Position numbers and translations under genes: made by a program. Below are positions 43,950-51,055 of a stretch of DNA of 64,000 nucleotides, one piece after another. Position 1 is the stretch's first letter; every line of letters starts with the position of its first letter. The notes beneath the pieces were generated by a model. That model ran no database searches. It worked only from the letters and a program-made list of their open reading frames with translations, and was not told the origin of the DNA. The stretch comes from an uncultured Planctomycetaceae bacterium (GTDB taxonomy: Bacteria; Planctomycetota; Planctomycetia; Isosphaerales; Isosphaeraceae), in the NCBI GenBank assembly GCA_963833985.1, contig CAWIAD010000002.1, positions 2,656,001-2,720,000 on the forward strand. Direction: 5' to 3'.

Positions 43950-46056
43950 TCACGTCTTGCTTGAACCCAGTGCGGAGGCCACCGCTTCCACGCCCACAAC
44001 CGGGTCCAGGCAGGTCGAATTCTCGCAGATGTAGGTTGTGGTCCGGCTCTCACGGCTGGGCCGGTCGGCCAGCAGCGGGATCCGCTCGAGCAGGGTCCCG
44101 TCCTGGCCCGCGGCTGCGGGTGCGACCACTGCGCCTGGCTGGAAGCGGGCATGGACTGTCTCCAGGACCTTGCGGAACTCGTCCGGGTCCACACCGGCAA
44201 TGACGGCGATCTCGCGCCGGGGTGACAGCTCGAAATCCAGGGCGATCAGGCTCTGGCCGGCGGCCGCCGGAGCGTTCTTGATCACAGCCTTGACGGCTTC
44301 GAGCGCGGCCAGGCCGGAACCCCGCAGGTCCTCGCGGCCGGTCAGGGCGCCAAGCCGCAGCAGGGCCGTCGCGGCCATGGCATTGCCCGAGGGCGTCGCG
44401 TTGTCGAACAGGTCCTTCGTCCGCGCGATCAAGGCCTCATGGCTCTTCCCGGTGTAGAAGAAGCCACCGCGCTCGGCGTCGGCGAACTCGTCCATCATGA
44501 CCCCTGCCAGGTCGATGGCGGCCTCGATCCAGCGCGGCTCTCCCGAGGCCTCGTATAGCCGGGTCAGACCGTCAATGAAGTTCGCATAGTCGTCCAGGTA
44601 AGCGTTCAGCCGGGCCTGGCCATCCTTGAAGGTGTGCAGTAAACGGCCGTCCGGGGCGCGCAGCCGGTCGAGGATGAAGCCCGCGGCGCGCGCGGCCGCA
44701 TCGAGATAGCGTGGGGCCGCCAGCGCACGGCCCGCGACGGCCAGGGCCGCGATCGCCAGGCCGTTCCACGAGACCAGCACCTTCGTGTCCTTGTGGGGAG
44801 GAATGCGCTGGTCGCGCACGGCCAATAGCTGCGCGCGGCTGTCGGCCAGCTCAGCCGCCAGGTCGTCCTCGGTGCGCGACAGGAGCTTGGCCGCCTGGTC
44901 GATGGGCCGGGGCAGGTTGAGGATGTTCTGGCCCTCCCAGTTACCCGCCTCGGTCACGTCGTAAACGTAGCAGAAGGTCTTGCCGCGATCCGCACCCAGG
45001 ACGTCCCGGATCTGGCTTTGCGACCAGACGTAGTACTTCCCTTCCACGCCCTCGCTGTCGGCGTCCTCGGTGGCGTAGAAGCCGCCTTCGGGCGCGGTCA
45101 TCCGTTCCAGCAAGTAATCGAGTGTTTCCCGCGCCACCTGGTCCCAGCGCCAGGCCGGTGTGCTGGAAGGCCTCGACGTAGGCGGACGCAAGCAGCGCAT
45201 TGTCGTAGAGCATCTTCTCGAAATGAGGCACGAGCCAGCGTTCGTCGGTGGAGTAGCGCGCGAAGCCGCCGCCCAGGTGGTCGTAGATGCCTCCGCGGGC
45301 CATCTTGTCGAGCGTGAGCGTGACCGCGTGCAGCGCCTGGTCGTCTCCTTTGCGGGCGGCCTGGCGCAAGAGCACCTTCAGGTCCATGGGATGCGGGAAC
45401 TTGGGTGCCGAGCCGAACCCGCCGTGAAGCGCGTCGAAATTCTTGACCAGCGACCGGGCCGCCTGGTCGAGCTGGCCGGCGTGAAGCGGCTGCTCGCTCC
45501 CGGCCGCCAGCTCGCCCATGGTCCGCAGCCGCCCGGTCATGTCCGCGGCCGCGTCCAGGATCTCGTCCCGGCGCTCGTCCCAGGCCTTGTGCACGCTCAG
45601 GAGCACGCGTGGAAAGCCCGGCATGCCGCGGGCATCCGACGGCGGAAAATAGGTGCCTCCGTAGAACGGCTCGAGTCCGGGCGTGAGGAACACGGACATC
45701 GGCCAGCCGCCGTGCCCGGTCATCGCCTGCACCGCGTTCATGTAAATCTGGTCCAGGTCGGGCCGCTCCTCGCGATCCACCTTGATATTCACGAAGTGCG
45801 CGTTCATGATTGCCGCGATGTCCGCATTCTCGAAGCTTTCCCGCTCCATGACATGGCACCAGTGGCACGCCGAGTAGCCGATGGACAGGAAGATCGGCTT
45901 GTTCTCGCTCCGGGCGCGCTCGATCGCCTCCGGGCCCCAGGGATGCCAGTCCACCGGGTTGTGTGCGTGTTGCAGCAGGTACGGGCTCGTCTCGCCGGCG
46001 AGCCGGTTGGCCGGCCGGTCAGCCGGATGCAAGGCGTTCGTGTGCGTCGTTGCCAT
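43950..46056 (-). CDS. Thioredoxin-domain protein YyaL/DUF255 (SPATA20-like); frameshift near 45150
   Basis: [58 protein letters not shown]. Confidence 0.93.
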
Positions 46057-46383
46057 GGCAATCGTTCTCCTCGCGAGCGGGTGTGGCATGATCGGGAGCC
46101 GGCAGTGCATTGTAGAAAGGTTGGCCCGTGCGTCCATGAGCTGTCTGCCGGCGCCGCGGTCCACCGAGCACTACGCGACGGCAGCCGCTCCGCACGCACA
46201 CCGCGGCCCGCTCCGCGGTGCTGGCCAGAGAATCCTTCTCCTCCACCCGCCTGTGGATTGGCGACTGATTTCGGATCGCCAAGAACGGTGGCACTACCTG
46301 ACGAACGAATTGCTCCAGCAACTCGATCGTGGGCGGACCGTCGAGAACTGCTTGTCGTACCAGAACGTCGGTCTATGCGGGGG

Positions 46384-46778
46384 CTCCTCAAATGAGACGT
46401 CTCGCTTCACGCTGAGCCTATGGGAAGAACAGATTCGCGAAGGATCACCTGTTTTAGCGGTAGGGTGTGTCGAGCGCAGCGACGACGCACCGGTGTGGAA
46501 TCCGGAGCGGTGAACCGGTGCGTCGTCGCTGCGCTGGGTGCACCATACAGTCGGGCACATCTGGCTCCATCCGACTCGGTTCATGAGCGCCAGCGTGCAG
46601 CGTAACCGGCCCTTCGGCGGTGAGGACTGGGTCCACCAGACCAAAGTCGCGCCGGGACTGGTCTCCTCGCTCACCCTTCACGGCAATCCAGTCCGAAGGC
46701 CGTCCCGAAGGAGCTGGTTGACCACGCGTCACTTCCCCTGTCATCCAACCAGCCGGCGTGCCTCGAGAGGTCCCCCCC
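46384..46778 (+). repeat. Copy 1 of ~390-bp unit (76-nt leader + REP doublet 46460-46548 + Y1-transposase-like tail + GTCCCC end)
   Basis: Colinear with 48897-49290; GTAG at 46460; ends AGGTCCCCCCC. Confidence 0.88.
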
Positions 46779-46843
46779 TCGGCTCCGTGCGTTGTCTTAT
46801 TCTCCGTTGCTATCGGAACCCGGCTGTGACCAATGCGAACGGT

Positions 46844-48550
46844 CTACACCGCACGGAAACGAGCGCTCTGTTCGCTAAGGCGAGCGGCAGGTCTTAGTTT
46901 CCCTGCTGCTCGGTGATTCTCGGTTTGATAGTGATGTCATACTTCGGCAGGGTCGCCGATCTTTCCAATCGAGCTTCGTACTGCTTCATCTCCTTGGCGG
47001 CGACTCGAACGCCATCGGGATACTCGCCGTGGAGGCGTTTCACGATCGGGTGCCGGCGCTTCCAGGTCATTCGTAGGGCGCATTGCAGGACCACCTTCAG
47101 GCAGTTCAGTAACACGCCGTTCCATTTCTTCTCCAGGGCCGACCAGCAGCGTTCAATCGGGTTGTATTTGCTGTGGTAGGGGGGATAGTACACCAACCGA
47201 ATCTCCAACCCCGACCAGTCGGCAAACTGGACCATCCGTTTCAGGAACTGGGTCCGCCGACCGGAGTTCTTGGGGCCGTTGTCCAGATAGATCACCAGGC
47301 GCTTGACATGCCCGAAGCCTGACCGGACCTGCAGCCACCACATGCGGAGCGCATCGGCCCAAGCGTCGCTGGTCTCGCGCGATCCGAACAGGAGCATCAA
47401 TACCCCGGTCACCCGCATCACGATGCCGAAAGGGACCAGCTTCTCCTTGGCTGGCGGATCGTGATCCCATCCCTTGGCCACTTGACCGTCGGCGGCGGTC
47501 CTGGTTTTTCCCCCCACGAGCGTAATCGCCCAATCCCACCTTCGCCTTGGTGTCCATGGAGATCTCCAGCGCCTCAGGATCGTCCCGAGCCTGTTGCTGC
47601 ACCTCCTTCACGTTGGCGAAGATCGCGTCGGTCTCCTTGGTCTTCTTCAGCGGCCTGCCCTTCTGAATCCGCTTGAGGCGGAAGTTCATGCGGTTGAGGA
47701 TGTCCCGCATGGTGCGCTCGCTGGGCAACGCGTCTCGGGGATAGCCCTTGTCAATCAAGGCTCCTCGCACCTCCGCCGCCGACAGGTTCATGTACCGTCG
47801 CGACGACTTCAGTTCCGGATCGGCGTAGGTATGGGGCTCGACGATCGCACGGATGTCCGCAGCCAGTTGCGGGTCCTTCTCTTCGCTGCGCAGCCGACCT
47901 CTCGCGACGAAATTCTCGAGACAGCGTATCCCTTGACGGGCCTCGTGCAGTCCTTTCAGGACCGTTTCTCGTCCCCAGCCGAAGCGTCGTTCAGCTTGGC
48001 GGGCGCTGCCTTCACAGAGTTCCGTGGCCACCTCGGCCATGAACAATCGGCGCTGGTATCCGGTCAGCCGTCTGGCTCCCGAACAGATCAAGGCGTCGAG
48101 GCACTCAGTGGATCCTTCCATGACGGTTCCCCTCCCTGGTGTACAGACGGCAACAGGCCAGGCTCTAGCCTTGCATCATCTCACAGAACGGGGAAGCTCA
48201 ATTCCGGGTAGATCTCGACGTGCCGGTCGCCTAAGGACGACAAATGAGCCAGGCAGGCGGTCCTCATGATGCCGCAGCAAGTGACGAACTCGCGCCAGCT
48301 TGGAGTGGCTGTCCGCGGGGTTCATGAGGAGCAGGACGATCCCATAGGCAGGGTGTTTCAGACGCACGACCAGTTCGCCGAAGTCTTTGTCTTCGGTCAG
48401 GAGTACCCGCTCTTGGTCGGCCGCCAGCTTCAACACCGTCTCGTCAGCCGCACCCGGAGCAATCTCCTTGACGTACAGAACGTCCACGCCGCTGTGACGC
48501 AGGCCATCCACCAGCAGAGCATCACAACATTCATCCGCGACGAACTTCAC
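46844..48550 (-). CDS. DUF5615 PIN-like toxin, interrupted near its 3' end by the ISAzo13-family element
   Basis: MKFVADE, DETVL..A..ERVLLTEDKDFGEL; GTGA overlap with the antitoxin; removing the IS restores FVVLSEQSARFRAV* with stop at 46844-46846; as assembled it reads into the IS to 48176. Confidence 0.85.
46879..48231 (-). mobile_element. Complete ISAzo13-family insertion sequence, 1353 bp
   Basis: TIRs GGCGAGCGGCAGGTC (46879) and GACGTGCCGGTCGCC (ending 48231), 13/15 match; TAA TSD at 46876-46878 and 48232-48234. Confidence 0.88.
46894..48121 (-). CDS. ISAzo13-family DDE transposase in two frames joined at G6A5 (47505-47515)
   Basis: RRLFMAEV, FGWGRETV, ISMDTKAKV, IYLDNGPKNSGRRTQF, YYPPYHSKYNPIERCW. 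Confidence 0.9.
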
Positions 48551-48783
48551 AGAGCCTCACCCGATGCGACCACAATGTCTTCATTCGCCAGGTGATCCGC
48601 GGCGAAGGCTGCCGCCGCCCGTATGTCTTCCTCTCTCAGGTGAGGATGGTGGACGAGGATTTGTTCGTCCGTCATCCCCTCGGCCAGTTTACGCAGGATC
48701 AGTTCCACCGTGATGCGCGTTCCCTTGATCACGGGTTTGCCGAACATGACCTTGGGGTCCACGCTGATGCGCTCATGAATCAT
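48547..48783 (-). CDS. DUF433 antitoxin
   Basis: RISVDPKVMFGKPVIKGTRITVELIL...HPHLREEDIRAA. Confidence 0.93.
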   Translation of the reverse strand: MIHERISVDPKVMFGKPVIKGTRITVELILRKLAEGMTDEQILVHHPHLREEDIRAAAAFAADHLANEDIVVASGEAL

Positions 48784-48896
48784 GGGGCCGTTCTCCCGCC
48801 TGGAGGAAACACCATCTGGCAGTTCTCTATACATTGTACCGCGGGGGCCGAAAGCCGGTAGCGTCCCGCGCGATAAGGGCGAAAAGTAAGGTAGGG

Positions 48897-49290
48897 CCCC
48901 GCAAAGGGCACGTTGCTCTTCATACTGAGCCTCTGGGAATAACATATTAACAACGCATCTTATTTATTGATGGTAGGGTGTGTCAAGCGCAGCGACGACG
49001 CACCGTTGGTGAATCCTGTGCCGTGAATCGGTGCGTCGTCGCTGCGCTTGACACACCCTACGCTCGGGCACTTCTGGCTCCATCCGACTCGGTTCATGAG
49101 CGCGAGCGTGCAGCGTAACAGGCCCTTCGGCGGTGAGGACTGGGTCCACCAGACGGCAGTCGCGCCGGGACTGGTCTCCTCGCTCACCAGCCCGGGGAAT
49201 CCGGTCCAGGACGCCTCTCCGAAGGATCTGGTTGATCACGGGTCGCTTCCCATGCTATCCAACATGCCGGCACGACTCACGATGTCCCCC
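48897..49290 (+). repeat. Copy 2 of ~390-bp unit; contains a perfect 33-bp inverted REP pair (48973-49005 / 49029-49061)
   Basis: GTAGGGTGTGTCAAGCGCAGCGACGACGCACCG and its exact reverse complement, 23-nt spacer; ends GATGTCCCCC. Confidence 0.92.
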
Positions 49291-49383
49291 TGGAATCCCT
49301 CGTCCCCCCTGGAATCCCTCGCAGTGAAGCATATCGCTCCCTGCTCCGGTTTGTCTTGCGCCCGAAACTTGCTATAGGAAGTC

Positions 49384-50527
49384 ATGGCGAAAAAACGTAC
49401 AGCCACTGGCCCGGCCCCCGTCCGGAGCGACAGCAGCACCTATGATGCCGTCCTGGCCAGCGTCACCGCGCTGCTGGAAGCCGCCCGCCATGCCGCGGCC
49501 CGCAGCGTCAACTCCGTCATCACGACCACGTACTGGGAGATCGGCAGGCGCATCGTCGAGGAGGAGCAACGCGGGCACGAGCGCGCCGCGTACGGCGCGC
49601 GGCTCATCGACCGCTTGTCCGATGACCTCATCCAGCGCTTCGGCCGCGGCTTCAGCAGGGTCAACCTCAAACAGATGCGAAGATTCTACCTGGAATGGAG
49701 CGCCCCCAAGATTGGTCAGACAGCGTCTGCCGAATTCGCAGGGGTCGTGCCCTTGCCGTCAGCGTCAGTCCACCCGCTGTTTTCCGCTCTCCTGGTCCCA
49801 CTATGTCAGGTTGCTCTCGGTGGAGAAGCACCCGGCCCGCCTCTTCTACGAGGCCGAAGCCTTGCGCGGCGGATGGACCGTCCGCCAGCTTGACCGCTAG
49901 ATTGGCACCCAGTTCTACGAGCGCACCCTGCTCTCCCGCGACAAGGCTGCCGTGCTCACGAAGGGGCAGAGGCCCAAGCCCGAAGATGCCTTGACCCCCG
50001 AGGAAGAAATCAAGGATCCCTTCCTGCTCGAATTCCTCGATCTGAAAGACGAATATTCCGAGAGCGATCTTGAAGACGCCCTGATCCGCCACCTGGAATC
50101 CTTCCTGCTGGAATTGGGCGATGATTTCGCCTTCGTCGGACGTCAGCGCCGCCTACGCATTGACGACGAGTGGTATCGCGTCGATCTTGTATTCTTCCAT
50201 CGCCGCCTGCGCTGCCTCGTTCTCATCGACTTGAAACTCGGTAAGCTCACGCCAGGCGACGCCGGCCAAATGCACCTCTACTTATCCTACGCCCGCGAGC
50301 ACTGGACCCGCCCCGACGAGAGTCCCCCGGTCGGATTGATTCTTTGTGCCGAGCACCACGCAGGGGTGGCCAGATATGCCCTCGAAGGGTTGCCCAACAA
50401 GGTGCTGGCGGCGCGGTACCGTACTGCCCTGCCGAGCGAGGAAACGCTGGCCGCAGAGGTCGAACGCACGCGCAAGATGCTGGAGGCACGCCCCAAACGC
50501 GCCTCCAAAAAACCAAGGGAGCGCTGA
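49384..50527 (+). pseudogene. YhcG/DUF1016 PD-(D/E)XK nuclease family gene with a frameshift (~49770) and an in-frame TAG (49898-49900)
   Basis: YWEIGRRIVE, GRGFS..NL..MRRFY, LSWSHY, RQLDR*IGTQFYER, IKDPFLLEFL, DLVFFHRRLRCLVLIDLK, GQMHLY. Confidence 0.85.
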
Positions 50528-50626
50528 TCGTCCCCACGTGGTTGACCGGGTCGCAGACGATCTATGTGTTCGCCGCCGTGCCCGAGCCGCCGATCGTCCG
50601 CGAGATCGACGTGTCGCGGTTACCCA

Positions 50627-50879
50627 GTCCCCGCAAAGAACTCGTTGCGCTTCATGCTGAGCCAATGGGAATAACTGGTTAACGAAGCATCACCTGTATT
50701 GTTGGTAGGCTGTGCCCAGCGCAGCGACGTCGCACCGGTGGGGAAACCAGGGCCGTGAATCGGTGTGTCGTCGCTGCGCTCGACACACCCTACGAGCCAG
50801 CATCGGTGCCTCGTCGCTGCGCTCGACACGACCTGCGAGCCAGAATCGGTGCGTCGTCGCTGCGCTCGACGCGCCCTAC
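50627..50879 (+). repeat. Copy 3 (truncated): 76-nt leader + one forward REP and three tandem reverse REPs at 43-bp period
   Basis: GTCCCCGCAAAG start; GTAG at 50705; reverse arms at 50761-50793, 50804-50836 and 50847-50879 separated by GAGCCAG(C/A)AT. Confidence 0.9.
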
Positions 50880-51055
50880 GGGCTGACAGGATGGCTGCCG
50901 TGGGTGAGCCACACGTCAAGCAGGGCCAGATCGTTTTTTCTGCGTTGAGGGATGAACAGTAGGATTCGCGCCCGGGCGCTGCCATCATGAGAAGAATTCG
51001 CCACGCCCCACCGCGAGCCCGCTTATCAAACCGGCTCGCGCGATGGAGACCCGCC

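Noticed and set aside
46420..46897. Short ORFs over repeat copies 1-3 (also 48960-49439 and 50712-50962) as genes
   Set aside because: They are translations of the REP palindromes and the transposase-like remnant, with no credible starts.
50761..50879. 33-nt repeats at a regular period as a CRISPR array
   Set aside because: Spacers are 10 nt and near-identical, an inverted copy is present, the repeat has the GTAG-REP form, and there are no cas genes in the window.
46384..50879. Classical integron/attC array
   Set aside because: No tyrosine integrase is present. The hairpins end in GTAG/CTAC rather than RYYYAAC/GTTRRRY, lack the attC extrahelical-base pattern, and the junctions lie 76 nt away from the hairpin.
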